Below are positions 34,238 to 46,132 of a stretch of 64,000 nt of DNA, piece after piece. The notes under the pieces are model-generated. The model saw only the letters and a program-made list of their open reading frames with translations. It did no database searches and had not been told where the DNA came from. The first letter of the stretch is position 1. The number at the start of each line of letters is the position of its first letter. The translations under genes and the position numbers were made by a program. Origin of the DNA: an uncultured Alphaproteobacteria bacterium (GTDB lineage Bacteria; Pseudomonadota; Alphaproteobacteria; HIMB59; GCA-002718135); NCBI GenBank assembly GCA_902518895.1, contig CABYHL010000003.1, positions 19,789-83,788 on the forward strand, given 5' to 3'.

Positions 34238-35487
34238 TTAAGGTCTTTCCTGGCCATTACCATTAACTACATATTTAAATGTAGTTAAATGTTTTGTTCC
34301 CACTGGTCCTCTTACATGTATTTTGTCTGTTGAGATTCCTATCTCAGCACCAAAACCAAATTCACCGCCATCCGCAAATTGTGTAGATGCATTTTTAAGT
34401 ATTATTGCGCTGTCTATTTTATTATAAAATTTTTCAAAGGTTTTTTCACTTTCTGTAATTATACTTTCTGTATGTCCAGAAGAATAATCATTTATATGCT
34501 TAACCGCTCCATCAACTCCTGAAACAATTTTTACTGATAAAATTTTATCTAAATATTCTAATGACCAATCTTCTTCACTTGCCGTTTTAAAATCACTATC
34601 TAAAGACTGAATATATTCATCACCTCTAATTTCACAATTTACTTCTTTTAGAGGTTCTAATATTTTCATTGCTTCGTCTTTAATTTTTTCATCAATTAAA
34701 AGTGTTTCTGCAGCACCACAAATTTCAGGACGTCTCATTTTGCTATTAAAAACTACTTTTTCTGCAATGCTTAAATCAGCATCTTTATCTACATACACAT
34801 GACATATACCGTCTAAATGTTTGATAACGGGTATTTTGCTTGCTGAATTAATTTTTTCAATCAAACCTTTGCCACCTCTAGGAATAATTACGTCAACATA
34901 ATCTCTCATGCTTAGCAAATGATCAACCGCTTCTCTTTCAGGTGTATTAATCATTTGGACACAATGTTCAGGGAGTCCAGCTTCTGTGAAAGCATTTGTA
35001 ATGTTATTTACCAATTCCTTAGAGGAATGAAAACTATCACTACCACCTCTTAAAATTATACAATTGCCAGATTTTATAGAAAGACAAGAAGCATCAACAG
35101 TGACGTTCGGTCTGGATTCATAAATCACGCCTAATACACCAAGTGGTGTTGAAATTTTACGAAACTGCAAACCATTAGGTCTTTCCCATTTTTCTAATGT
35201 AATGCCAATTGGATCTGGTATCTCGATAATATCTTCAATGGATGTAATCAATCCATCAATAGATTTTTTAGTTAATGTAAGTCTATTTATTAAAGGCTTA
35301 GCTAAAGATTTTTTTTCACCATTTTCTAAATCTATTTTATTAGCGTCAAGAATTTTATTTCTATTTTTATCTAAATTTTTAGTGAGTTTTTTTAAAGCAA
35401 GATTTTTTTGATCACTTCTACAGACTTTCATATTTAGAGAGGCAGATTTTGCTCTTTTACCTAATTCAATAATATTATTTTCAATAC

Positions 35488-35491
<4 letters not shown>
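34238..35491 (-). CDS. proA: gamma-glutamyl phosphate reductase
   Basis: IYESRPNV, PRGG and FADGGEFGFGAEIGIST motifs. Confidence 0.96.
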
Positions 35492-37585
<2,094 letters not shown>

Positions 37586-37599
37586 TTAATTAATTGGGA

Positions 37600-37857
37600 T
37601 TATTGTTCTGTGGGAACAACTGATACAAAAGTTCTTACTCTTGTTTTTTTAAAAGTTACTTTTCCATTTATTGTAGCAAATATAGTGTGATCTTTACCTA
37701 TGCCAACATTATCACCTGGATGAAACTTTGTGCCTCGTTGCCTAATAATGATGTTTCCTGCTATTACGTTTTCACCACCAAATTTCTTAACTCCAAGTCT
37801 TCGACCCGCAGAGTCTCTTCCATTCCTAGAACTACCACCTGCTTTTTTCGTTGCCAT
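37600..37857 (-). CDS. rpmA: 50S ribosomal protein L27
   Basis: [16 protein letters not shown] and [10 protein letters not shown]. Confidence 0.98.
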   Translation of the reverse strand: MATKKAGGSSRNGRDSAGRRLGVKKFGGENVIAGNIIIRQRGTKFHPGDNVGIGKDHTIFATINGKVTFKKTRVRTFVSVVPTEQ

Positions 37858-38378
37858 TATTTATCTTCTTTTTTAGTTTTAACAGTTTTTTTAACAGTTT
37901 TCTTTACTGATTTTTTCTTAGTAGGTGAAGCTTTATTTACTGCTTTTTTTGTAACTGTCTTCTTTTTTGTAACTTTTACCTCTTTAGACTCAATTTTTTC
38001 TTTACTAAATTTAGTTTCAGTTTTTTTAACTTTTTTTGTTTCTGGTTCAGCGGTTGACTTTTTTCCACCATAAGAAATTGATTCTATTCTTAATACAGTT
38101 AGATATTGTCTATGACCTTGTGTTAGTCTGTAATTTTGTCTTTTTCTTTTTTTAAAAACTATTATTTTTTTATCTCTGATTTGATCAACAATTTTTGCTT
38201 CAATTGAAGCATCTTTTAGTAATGGCTCGCCTAAGCTATTTGTGCTTTGATCACTGATCGCTAATACATCAGTAATAGACACTTTATCACCTTTGGATCC
38301 CTCAAGTTTTTCTACTTTAAGTATCTGACCAGCTCTTGCTGAGTATTGCTTTCCACCAGTTTTGAAAATTGCTAACAT
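37857..38378 (-). CDS. rplU: 50S ribosomal protein L21 with a Lys-rich C-terminal extension
   Basis: TGGKQY and GHRQ motifs, followed by ~70 extra K/T/V-rich residues. Confidence 0.96.
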   Translation of the reverse strand: MLAIFKTGGKQYSARAGQILKVEKLEGSKGDKVSITDVLAISDQSTNSLGEPLLKDASIEAKIVDQIRDKKIIVFKKRKRQNYRLTQGHRQYLTVLRIESISYGGKKSTAEPETKKVKKTETKFSKEKIESKEVKVTKKKTVTKKAVNKASPTKKKSVKKTVKKTVKTKKEDK

Positions 38379-38393
38379 ATCTTTTGATGGCGG

Positions 38394-38422
38394 GGTTTAT
38401 AGTGAACTATGCTAATAGTCAA
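38394..38422 (-). promoter_or_regulatory. sigma70-type promoter of the rplU-rpmA-obgE operon
   Basis: TTGACT-17 nt-TAAACC followed by GC-rich CCGCC. A -10 box lacking the final T is typical of alphaproteobacterial housekeeping promoters. Confidence 0.55.
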
Positions 38423-38458
38423 ACTAAAAATATGGCGTAAATACTGGAAATAAAGACC

Positions 38459-39211
38459 TTAAAAGCTATCCTTTGCTTTTCGCAAATAAGCAAATAATTC
38501 AAAGTCTGTAAAACCTAGCTCTTTCTTAATTATAGTACCTAATTTTGAATTTTGATTCAGGAATAAGTTATATTGTTTTTCATCTTCTAATAAAAAAGGT
38601 ACGGATTTTCCTTTATTATTTAAATCATCAATAATTTTGTTTCTAACTGTCAAATAAGCACTTTCTTTTTTGAGTGTTTTCTCAAGAAAATTTAAATTGC
38701 TTAATGTATATTCATGACCACAATAAATAATTGTATTTTTATCTAACTCATTGATTATTTTTAAACTGTTAAACATTTCATTTAATGTTCCTTCAAACAC
38801 ACGACCACAACCAAGTCTGAACAGTGTATCACCACAAAATAAAACACCATTATTTTCATCATAGTAAATTATATGATCTAATGTATGCCCGGGTGTTTTT
38901 ATTATTCTAAATGTATTTAAGCAGGAGCTGACTTCATCTCCATCATGTAAAACGAATCTTGTATTTTCAATCTGAGCACTTGGAGAGTGTATATTAACTT
39001 CTGGAAAAGCATTAAGTATTCCTTTTATACCTGATGTGTGATCTTTATGATGATGTGTAATAAATATATCTTCTATAGTTAAATTGTATTCAAGAGCAAA
39101 ATTTAATATAGGATTACTATCAGCAGGATCTATAACACAGCTCCTAAGCTTGTCATTATATAAAACAAAAGAGTAGTTATCTTTTAATTGATTTATAATT
39201 TCAACTTTCAT
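38459..39211 (-). CDS. gloB: hydroxyacylglutathione hydrolase (glyoxalase II)
   Basis: THHHKDH, TPGHT, GDTLF-GCGR and CGHEYT motifs. Confidence 0.94.
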   Translation of the reverse strand: MKVEIINQLKDNYSFVLYNDKLRSCVIDPADSNPILNFALEYNLTIEDIFITHHHKDHTSGIKGILNAFPEVNIHSPSAQIENTRFVLHDGDEVSSCLNTFRIIKTPGHTLDHIIYYDENNGVLFCGDTLFRLGCGRVFEGTLNEMFNSLKIINELDKNTIIYCGHEYTLSNLNFLEKTLKKESAYLTVRNKIIDDLNNKGKSVPFLLEDEKQYNLFLNQNSKLGTIIKKELGFTDFELFAYLRKAKDSF

Positions 39212-39218
39212 CTAATAA

Positions 39219-39902
39219 CTAATTTGCAATAACAGAATTTTTTGCAAAAACTTTTTTTGATGATTTAATTTTTATTGGTTCAAAATTTTTATAACTTAAT
39301 AAAAAGATAGCTTCGTGAGTGAAAAAATTTACTCCAGTAACTGATTCACTTATATCAAATTGCTTACCTTTTGATGTTAATCCAATACTTTTTTCAATCA
39401 CAATATTCATTTCATTACACAAATTCAAAAAATCCTTAATTGTAAAAAAATGAATGTTAGGTGTGTCATACCATGTATAAGGTAAACTTTCTGTTACTGG
39501 CATTTTTCCAGATATTAAAAGCTGTAATCTTATTTTCCAATGTCCAAAGTTAGGAAAAGAAACAATTGCTTTTGATCCTATTCTTAATAATTCAGATAGA
39601 ATATCTTTGGGTTTCATCATTGCTTGTAAAGTTTGACTTAAAATTACATAATCAAAACTATTATTTGAATATTGAGATAAATCTAATTCGGCATTTCCAT
39701 GTACAACATTGAAACCCCTTGCGATAGCATTTGCTGCTAGATCTCTATTTAATTCAATGCCATGAGTTATCGCATTACGATTATTTTCTAATTGCTCCAT
39801 AAGACCGCCATCACCACATCCAATATCTAGGATTTTTCTATCTTGTGCGATAAGTGTTTCAATAAGAGACCAATCTTTTCTTATGCTATTAATTTTATTC
39901 AT
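39219..39902 (-). CDS. metW: methionine biosynthesis protein MetW
   Basis: LDIGCGDG, VILSQTLQA and TPNIHF motifs; follows metX. Confidence 0.93.
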   Translation of the reverse strand: MNKINSIRKDWSLIETLIAQDRKILDIGCGDGGLMEQLENNRNAITHGIELNRDLAANAIARGFNVVHGNAELDLSQYSNNSFDYVILSQTLQAMMKPKDILSELLRIGSKAIVSFPNFGHWKIRLQLLISGKMPVTESLPYTWYDTPNIHFFTIKDFLNLCNEMNIVIEKSIGLTSKGKQFDISESVTGVNFFTHEAIFLLSYKNFEPIKIKSSKKVFAKNSVIAN

Positions 39903-41043
39903 CTATCTTTGCAAAGTTGTTTGTTAGGAAACCTTTTATTACATCATCTAACTGTGGTTCCTCTAATAAAAAACTATCATGTCCTTTATCAGTATCAATT
40001 TCTAAAAAGCTTACTTCTCTTGATAGAGAATTTAATTGATTTACAATAATTTTACTTTCTATTGTAGGGAATAACCAATCCGAGGTAAAAGAGACAATTA
40101 AATATTTTAAATGGTTATTTGGATTATGACTAAACTCAATATTTTTTCTAAATGTTTCATCATGATCAAAATAATCCATAGCCCTTGTTAAATAAAGATA
40201 TGAATTTGCATCAAATCTTTCAACAAATGATTTACCTTGATATCTCAGATAACTCTCAACTTGAAAATCAGCATCAAACCCAAAAGAAATAATATCTCTT
40301 GATTGAAGTTTTCTTCCAAATTTTCTATGCATCGCATTTTCGGATAAATATGTGATATGTGCAATCATTCTTGCTACTGATAGACCTCTTTCTGGCACTT
40401 CATTATTTTCAAAATACTTTCCATTTTTCCAAATAGGATCACTCATTATTGCCTGTCGCCCAACTTCATGAAATGCAATATTTTGAGCGGAATGTTTTAA
40501 AGCGCCCGCAATATGTATAATATTTAAAATTTTATCTGGAAAATCGATTGCCCATTGAAGTGCTTGCATTGCTCCCATCGAACCACCAATGACAGAAAAT
40601 AACTTCTCTATATTTAAACTTTCAATCAATAAAGATTGAGCCTTCACCATATCTTTTATTGTTACGGAAGGAAAATTACCACCATATGCAACATCAATTC
40701 CATTTTGTAACTCTTTAGGACCAGTTGATCCAGCACAACCGCCGAGTACATTTGAGCAAATTACAAAAAATTTGTTTGTATCAATTGGTTTATTAGGTCC
40801 AACCATTCTAGACCACCAACCTTCTCTCCCAGTAATGGGATTGTTCCCAGCAACATATTGATCTCCAGTTAAAGCATGGCAAACAAGAATAGCATTTGTT
40901 TTATCAGTATTTAATTTACCATATGCTTTGAATGCTAGTTTAAAACTATCTATTATATCTCCTGATTCTAGTTTTAAATTAATATTCTCAAAATAGGCTA
41001 TTTCGCTTTCAAGTTTTGTATCAGTAGTAAATTTTGTATTCAT
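39895..41043 (-). CDS. metX: homoserine O-acyl(acetyl)transferase
   Basis: HALTG, GGSMG and GHDSFLL motifs. Confidence 0.95.
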   Translation of the reverse strand: MNTKFTTDTKLESEIAYFENINLKLESGDIIDSFKLAFKAYGKLNTDKTNAILVCHALTGDQYVAGNNPITGREGWWSRMVGPNKPIDTNKFFVICSNVLGGCAGSTGPKELQNGIDVAYGGNFPSVTIKDMVKAQSLLIESLNIEKLFSVIGGSMGAMQALQWAIDFPDKILNIIHIAGALKHSAQNIAFHEVGRQAIMSDPIWKNGKYFENNEVPERGLSVARMIAHITYLSENAMHRKFGRKLQSRDIISFGFDADFQVESYLRYQGKSFVERFDANSYLYLTRAMDYFDHDETFRKNIEFSHNPNNHLKYLIVSFTSDWLFPTIESKIIVNQLNSLSREVSFLEIDTDKGHDSFLLEEPQLDDVIKGFLTNNFAKIDE

Positions 41044-41087
41044 ATCTTTTTAGTCTAACACTATTTGAAAGAACGAAGGAGGAGTGT

Positions 41088-41140
41088 AAACGCTTTAGCT
41101 GATTATTGCTCCACCCGCAAGCTGTCTCAAATCGGTGATA
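41088..41140 (-). promoter_or_regulatory. SAM-II (SAM-alpha) riboswitch
   Basis: Minus strand reads TCACC-GATTTGA-GACAGCTTGC-G-GGTGG-AGCAATAAT-CAGCTAAAGCGTTT: P1 UCACC/GGUGG, GAUUU, UUGC, GCUAAA and pseudoknot AGAC/GUUU. Lies upstream of metX. Confidence 0.85.
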
Positions 41141-41146
41141 ATAGGT

Positions 41147-41174
41147 CTTATATTTATATATCTTTCTAAGTCAA
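41147..41174 (-). promoter_or_regulatory. putative promoter of the SAM-II-metXW transcript
   Basis: TTGACT-16 nt-TATAAG, which would place the start site at the 5' edge of the aptamer. Confidence 0.5.
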
Positions 41175-41252
41175 TAAATCGTCATTTTTTAAATTAAATA
41201 CTACTTTATTTTGATTTATCGTTAGATAGTTTGTAAAGAAACGTCCAAAATT

Positions 41253-42602
41253 ATGAAAAATAAAGAATTAGACAATTTAAGAAGCAAAATTAATAACATT
41301 GATGATGAGATTTTATCTTTATTATCTAATCGCTCTAAAATTGTTTTAGAAATAGGAAAACACAAAAAAGATAATTCAGTTGTTGATCTAGATAGAGAAC
41401 AAAAGATTCTCGACAGATTAAGCTCTAAATTTACAGGATCTTATCCGAAAGATACTATTGTTAGACTTTGGAGAGAAATTTTTCAATCTTCTGAAAAACT
41501 TCAAAAGTTAACTAAAGAAAATATTCAATCAAAAAGATCTATAGAAAATATTAATGTTTATAAAGGTGGTAAGGCAAAGTTAAATAACAATAAAAGAGTT
41601 ATCAAACTTTCTTCAAATGAAAATCCTTATGGTGCTTCACCGAAAGCAATTGAATTGTTAGAGACAAAAAATATTAATCATGATTTACACAGATACCCAG
41701 AAATTGATGGATCATCATTAAGAGAAGCAATAGCTAAAAATTTTTCTATTGATAGTAATAGAATTATTCTTGGCTCTGGCTCAGATGAAGTTTTATTATT
41801 TGCAGCTTTGGCATTTTGTCAAGATGGCGATGAAATTCTTCACGCAAACCACGGCTTTGAGATGTATTCAATTGTGAGTAAAGTAGTTGGTGCTGTTCCA
41901 AAAAAAATTAAGGAAGATGCAAATTTCAATTTAAATATTGAAAATCTCATAGATCAAACAAATGACGCTACTAAAGTTATTTATATTGCATCACCTAATA
42001 ATCCAACTGGAACTTATTTGTCTAGAGACCAACTCGTTAAGTTAATGAGTAGTATTTCTAAAAATATTATAGTTGTTATAGATGGGGCATATGTCGAATA
42101 TGTACAAAAAGACGATTATGATAAAGGATTTAGTTTAACAGATGAATACGAGAATCTTATTTTAACAAGAACATTTTCAAAAACATATGGACTCGCAGCT
42201 TTAAGAGTAGGCTGGTGTTATACCAGTCAAAAAATAGCTGATATAATTAATAAAATAAAACCTCCTTTTAATACGACAACTATTTCACAGTCTCTTGCAA
42301 TTAAAGCTTTGGAAGATAAAGAACATATTGAAAACTCTGTTAAATTAAATTCTGAAATTAAAGATTGGTTTGAAAAAGAGCTCAAACTTCTAAATATTAA
42401 GATCAGACAAACTGAAGGTAATTTTACTTTAATTGAAACTTCAGAAGAAGAAGCTGAGAAAATTAGTAATCATCTTATGAATGATGGCATTATTATAAGG
42501 CGTTTAAATAGTTATAATCTGCCCAATTTTTTGAGAATTAGTATTGGTACAAAAGAAGAAATGAATTTGACAGTTGAAAGTTTGAAGAAATTTAATGTCT
42601 AA
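41253..42602 (+). CDS. hisC: chorismate mutase (AroQ) / histidinol-phosphate aminotransferase fusion
   Basis: N-terminal LRSKINNIDDEILSLLSNR...GKHK...DLDREQKIL (type II CM), then LSSNENP, GSDE, SPNNPTG and the PLP Lys motif RTFSKTYGLAALRVG, all in one frame. Confidence 0.9.
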   Translation: MKNKELDNLRSKINNIDDEILSLLSNRSKIVLEIGKHKKDNSVVDLDREQKILDRLSSKFTGSYPKDTIVRLWREIFQSSEKLQKLTKENIQSKRSIENINVYKGGKAKLNNNKRVIKLSSNENPYGASPKAIELLETKNINHDLHRYPEIDGSSLREAIAKNFSIDSNRIILGSGSDEVLLFAALAFCQDGDEILHANHGFEMYSIVSKVVGAVPKKIKEDANFNLNIENLIDQTNDATKVIYIASPNNPTGTYLSRDQLVKLMSSISKNIIVVIDGAYVEYVQKDDYDKGFSLTDEYENLILTRTFSKTYGLAALRVGWCYTSQKIADIINKIKPPFNTTTISQSLAIKALEDKEHIENSVKLNSEIKDWFEKELKLLNIKIRQTEGNFTLIETSEEEAEKISNHLMNDGIIIRRLNSYNLPNFLRISIGTKEEMNLTVESLKKFNV

Positions 42603-43506
42603 AATAACTTATGATTCAGCTCTGGTCATTGGTATGGGATTAATTGGATCATCCATAGCAAGGGCTCTCAAGGAAAATCAATTATCAAAAAAAATTTTTG
42701 CTATTGATAAGGAAAGTGAGGTAATAAGTACTTCAAAAAATTTAAATCTTGTGGATGCAATAGAGTGTGATTTAAATAAATATAATCAACAATTTGATAT
42801 TATTTTTATTTGTACGCCTTTGAGTTCATATAGGGAAATATTTAAGCAATTGAATAGCTATGTTAATGAAACAACACTAGTAACAGATGTTGGTTCAACA
42901 AAAGTAAGTGTTATAGAAGATTTTAAAGAATCAACTAATAATAAAAAAATTTTATTTGTTCCTGCCCACCCTATTGCTGGATTAGAGAAAAGTGGACCAG
43001 AATTTGGTTTCGCAAAGCTGTTTGAGAATAGGTATTGTATTTTGACCCCAACAGAAACTCAGAGTGAGATAACAAGATCAGTTTCAGATATTTGGGAGTC
43101 ATTCGGAATGAATATAGAAATCATGGAACCTAAACGTCATGACAGAGTACTAGCTATGACATCTCATATTCCACAACTCATTGCATATTCTGTCGTAGGA
43201 ACTGCAACAGAGCTTGAATCTCAAATGAAAGATGAAGTAATTAAATATTCAGCTGCAGGTTTTAGAGATTTCACAAGATTGGCAGGTAGTGATCCAGTAA
43301 TGTGGCGTGATGTTTATGAAAAAAATAAAGAAGCCGTTTTAGAAATGCTTGGTCGTTTCAGTGAAGATCTACTTACTTATCAAAAAGCAATAAGAAATAA
43401 TGATTTAAAATATTTGGAAGAAAAATTTATAAAATCAAAAGAAATTAGAAAAATTATTGAAGAGATTGGTCAAGCAGGAACTTTTGATCCCACAGAAAAG
43501 AATTAG
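42595..43506 (+). CDS. tyrC: prephenate/arogenate (cyclohexadienyl) dehydrogenase
   Basis: GMGLIGSS, TDVGSTK, HPIAG, SHIPQL and GFRDFTRLA motifs. Confidence 0.93.
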   Translation: MSKITYDSALVIGMGLIGSSIARALKENQLSKKIFAIDKESEVISTSKNLNLVDAIECDLNKYNQQFDIIFICTPLSSYREIFKQLNSYVNETTLVTDVGSTKVSVIEDFKESTNNKKILFVPAHPIAGLEKSGPEFGFAKLFENRYCILTPTETQSEITRSVSDIWESFGMNIEIMEPKRHDRVLAMTSHIPQLIAYSVVGTATELESQMKDEVIKYSAAGFRDFTRLAGSDPVMWRDVYEKNKEAVLEMLGRFSEDLLTYQKAIRNNDLKYLEEKFIKSKEIRKIIEEIGQAGTFDPTEKN

Positions 43507-44210
43507 TTATCCAATAATAAATTTGATGCAGTTTCTATTCTATTTTGAACTTCGTTTAATAAAACTTTTTTATCTAAACCTTCATCAATTGTCGGTAAAA
43601 ATTTTATAGTAATTAACCCTTTCTCTAATACCCATGATTGTTTTGGCCAACATAAACCTGAATTTAAAGCTACAGGAAGGATTTTTCTTTTTGTATGATT
43701 ATAAATTCCAATAAAACCTGTCTTATAATCAGGTTTACTACCAGGTAGTTTTCTTGTTCCTTCGGGGAAAATAATAATTGAAGATCCAAAAGATAATTTT
43801 GATTGAACTTTTTGTAACATATCTCTCATAGCTTTTGTTCCACCATCTCTATTAATCGCAACCATATTAGACTTGAATAAATACTGGCCAAAAATTGGTA
43901 TAAAGAAAAGCTCTCTTTTATGGACAAAAAAACAATCTTTTAAATAATAATAGAGTGCGAGTGTCTCAAATGCGGACTGATGTTTAGACGCAATTAAGAC
44001 ACTTTCATTTGGAATATTTTCTAAACCCTCAATTTTATGTTTAATATTACATATAAGATTAAGAAAAATAAAAATAACACGTATCCAAAGTTTCGTTGGA
44101 TATTTAAGTAAATAACTTGGCAATAAGAGAAAAGGTAAACATAAAATACCCATCAACACAGTCCATATAACCAAGGAAATATAAAATATTATACTTTTTA
44201 AAATTAACAT
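43503..44210 (-). CDS. plsC: 1-acyl-sn-glycerol-3-phosphate acyltransferase
   Basis: SKHQSAFE and FPEGTR motifs. Confidence 0.9.
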   Translation of the reverse strand: MLILKSIIFYISLVIWTVLMGILCLPFLLLPSYLLKYPTKLWIRVIFIFLNLICNIKHKIEGLENIPNESVLIASKHQSAFETLALYYYLKDCFFVHKRELFFIPIFGQYLFKSNMVAINRDGGTKAMRDMLQKVQSKLSFGSSIIIFPEGTRKLPGSKPDYKTGFIGIYNHTKRKILPVALNSGLCWPKQSWVLEKGLITIKFLPTIDEGLDKKVLLNEVQNRIETASNLLLDN

Positions 44211-44260
44211 ACTTAATGATTTTGTTTTATATACTAGCCTGACTGATCTATATATAATTT

Positions 44261-44704
44261 ATGTTCATTGTTTGCTCTAATTGTGAATTCAAGTATTTAG
44301 TAAATTCTGCAGATCTTAAACCAAATGGTAGAATGGTTGAATGCGCAAATTGTAATCATCAATGGTTTCAAGAATTAGATGATACTGACATTACATCATC
44401 AGTCCCATCTACAACAAAAGAAGAATTAGATAAAAATTTAAAAAATAATAAACAAAAAGAAAAATTAGAGAAAGCTCCAGTCAGAAATTTACCAAGTACA
44501 GTTGTAAGACAAGAAAAACCAAGTGTTGTTAATTCAACTATAGTAATTATTCTAGCTATAGTTGTAATTTTAGCAATATGGATTTATCGATCCTACGGTG
44601 TAAATACTTTTATTATTATTGATTTCTATATTAGGGAATTTTTCTTTAATTTAAATTTGATAATTTCAGACTTAGCTAAAATTATACACAATACTTTAAA
44701 TTAG
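44261..44704 (+). CDS. zinc-ribbon bitopic membrane protein (MJ0042-type finger, ZitP-like)
   Basis: CSNC...CANCNHQW finger, charged linker, one TM helix and a short C-terminus. Confidence 0.82.
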   Translation: MFIVCSNCEFKYLVNSADLKPNGRMVECANCNHQWFQELDDTDITSSVPSTTKEELDKNLKNNKQKEKLEKAPVRNLPSTVVRQEKPSVVNSTIVIILAIVVILAIWIYRSYGVNTFIIIDFYIREFFFNLNLIISDLAKIIHNTLN

Positions 44705-45946
44705 CTACAACCAACTCGGAATAATATCAGCTTCAATTGTTTTCTCAATTTTCTCTGGAGAATAAATAATTGCATAATTATCATTGTGTACTAAAATTTC
44801 AGAGGGCAGTGGTCTAGAGTTATAATTTGAAGACATTACTTTTCCATAGGCTCCTGTATTTTTTATAACTAGTAGATTACCAATTTTTTGTTTAGCCAAT
44901 TTAATATTTTTTAAAAAAACATCTGAACTTTCACAAATAGGACCAGCAATAGCATAATCCATAAATTCCTCTGAGTTTACATTTATCGCAGATATTTCAT
45001 GATATGCACCATACATCGCTGGACGTATCAATGTATTCATACCAGCATCAACAATTAAATAATTTATACCTCCATTATTCTTAATTGTAAGAATAGAGGT
45101 AACTGTAACTCCAGCCTCAGCAATTAAATATCGACCAGGCTCAAACGATAATTCATAGTTTGTTTGCGTAAAACAATTATCAAGCTCTTCTTTTACCTTT
45201 TTGATATTAAAGTCAGGATCAGAATCTTCATATTTAACATGAAAACCTCCTCCCAAATCTACATGTTTAATATTAATGCCTGATTCAATAAATTTATCTG
45301 CAGCCATTTTCATTTGAGAAAATGTATTTTTATAGGCCTCATTTTTACTAATTTGACTTCCAATATGACAACTAATACCAATTAAATTTAAACTTTTGCA
45401 ACTTTTAACTAATTTGATAATTTTATCTATGTTATCGAATTCTATACCAAACTTATCAGTTTTTTTTCCTGTTGAAATTTTACTTAAAGTTTCACCATCA
45501 ACATCTGGATTAAGTCTAACACCAATATCAACGATTTTATTTTTTTCATTTGCTAAATTATCGAGAAGTTTTATTTCTTCTAAAGATTCAGTATTAATTA
45601 ACCGTATATTTTTATGTATAGCATAGAGTAAGTCTTGATCAGATTTTCCAACACCTTCAAAAATTATTTTATTTGGATCGAAACCAGCTTCTAAAGCTCT
45701 TTTTAATTCACCAACTGACACTACATCTGCTCCAATATCTAACGAGTTCATTAATTTCAAAATAGCTTGATTTGAATTAGACTTAATTGAATAAAAAATA
45801 TTGTTACCTAAAATTCCTTTAGTTTTATTAACTTGATTAATAATTTTTTGTTGTGAATACACATAAAAAGGTGTCTGACAAACTTTAACTAAGTCATATA
45901 AAGAAGTTCCCTCAATATACGGGTCATTATTTTTATAAGTGAGCAT
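44705..45946 (-). CDS. lysA: diaminopimelate decarboxylase
   Basis: YSIKSN, HIGSQ, EPGR, GPICES and GAYG motifs. Confidence 0.96.
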   Translation of the reverse strand: MLTYKNNDPYIEGTSLYDLVKVCQTPFYVYSQQKIINQVNKTKGILGNNIFYSIKSNSNQAILKLMNSLDIGADVVSVGELKRALEAGFDPNKIIFEGVGKSDQDLLYAIHKNIRLINTESLEEIKLLDNLANEKNKIVDIGVRLNPDVDGETLSKISTGKKTDKFGIEFDNIDKIIKLVKSCKSLNLIGISCHIGSQISKNEAYKNTFSQMKMAADKFIESGINIKHVDLGGGFHVKYEDSDPDFNIKKVKEELDNCFTQTNYELSFEPGRYLIAEAGVTVTSILTIKNNGGINYLIVDAGMNTLIRPAMYGAYHEISAINVNSEEFMDYAIAGPICESSDVFLKNIKLAKQKIGNLLVIKNTGAYGKVMSSNYNSRPLPSEILVHNDNYAIIYSPEKIEKTIEADIIPSWL

Positions 45947-46132
45947 TTATTCAGTGTTTATAATAACGGATTGTTGACGTTTTTTTTCTTCTTCTAATTT
46001 CTCTAAACAGGCTTCATCACATGGATATGTAATTACCGATTTGTCTACTTGATCTTCTGGTAAACTTAAAGGACCAACTTTACCACAGCTGAAAGTAAAC
46101 AACAAAAATGATAATAATATTAATCTGATCAT
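45947..46132 (-). CDS. LptM/YifL-like small lipoprotein
   Basis: Lipobox FSC followed by GKVGPLSLP; lies between argH and lysA. Confidence 0.82.
   Translation of the reverse strand: MIRLILLSFLLFTFSCGKVGPLSLPEDQVDKSVITYPCDEACLEKLEEEKKRQQSVIINTE

Noticed and set aside
41044-41087. Second (SAM-V) aptamer in tandem with SAM-II, suggested by ACTAAAAA before the ATG
   Set aside because: The ATTTG and TTG elements and the P1 helix of SAM-V are not recognisable.
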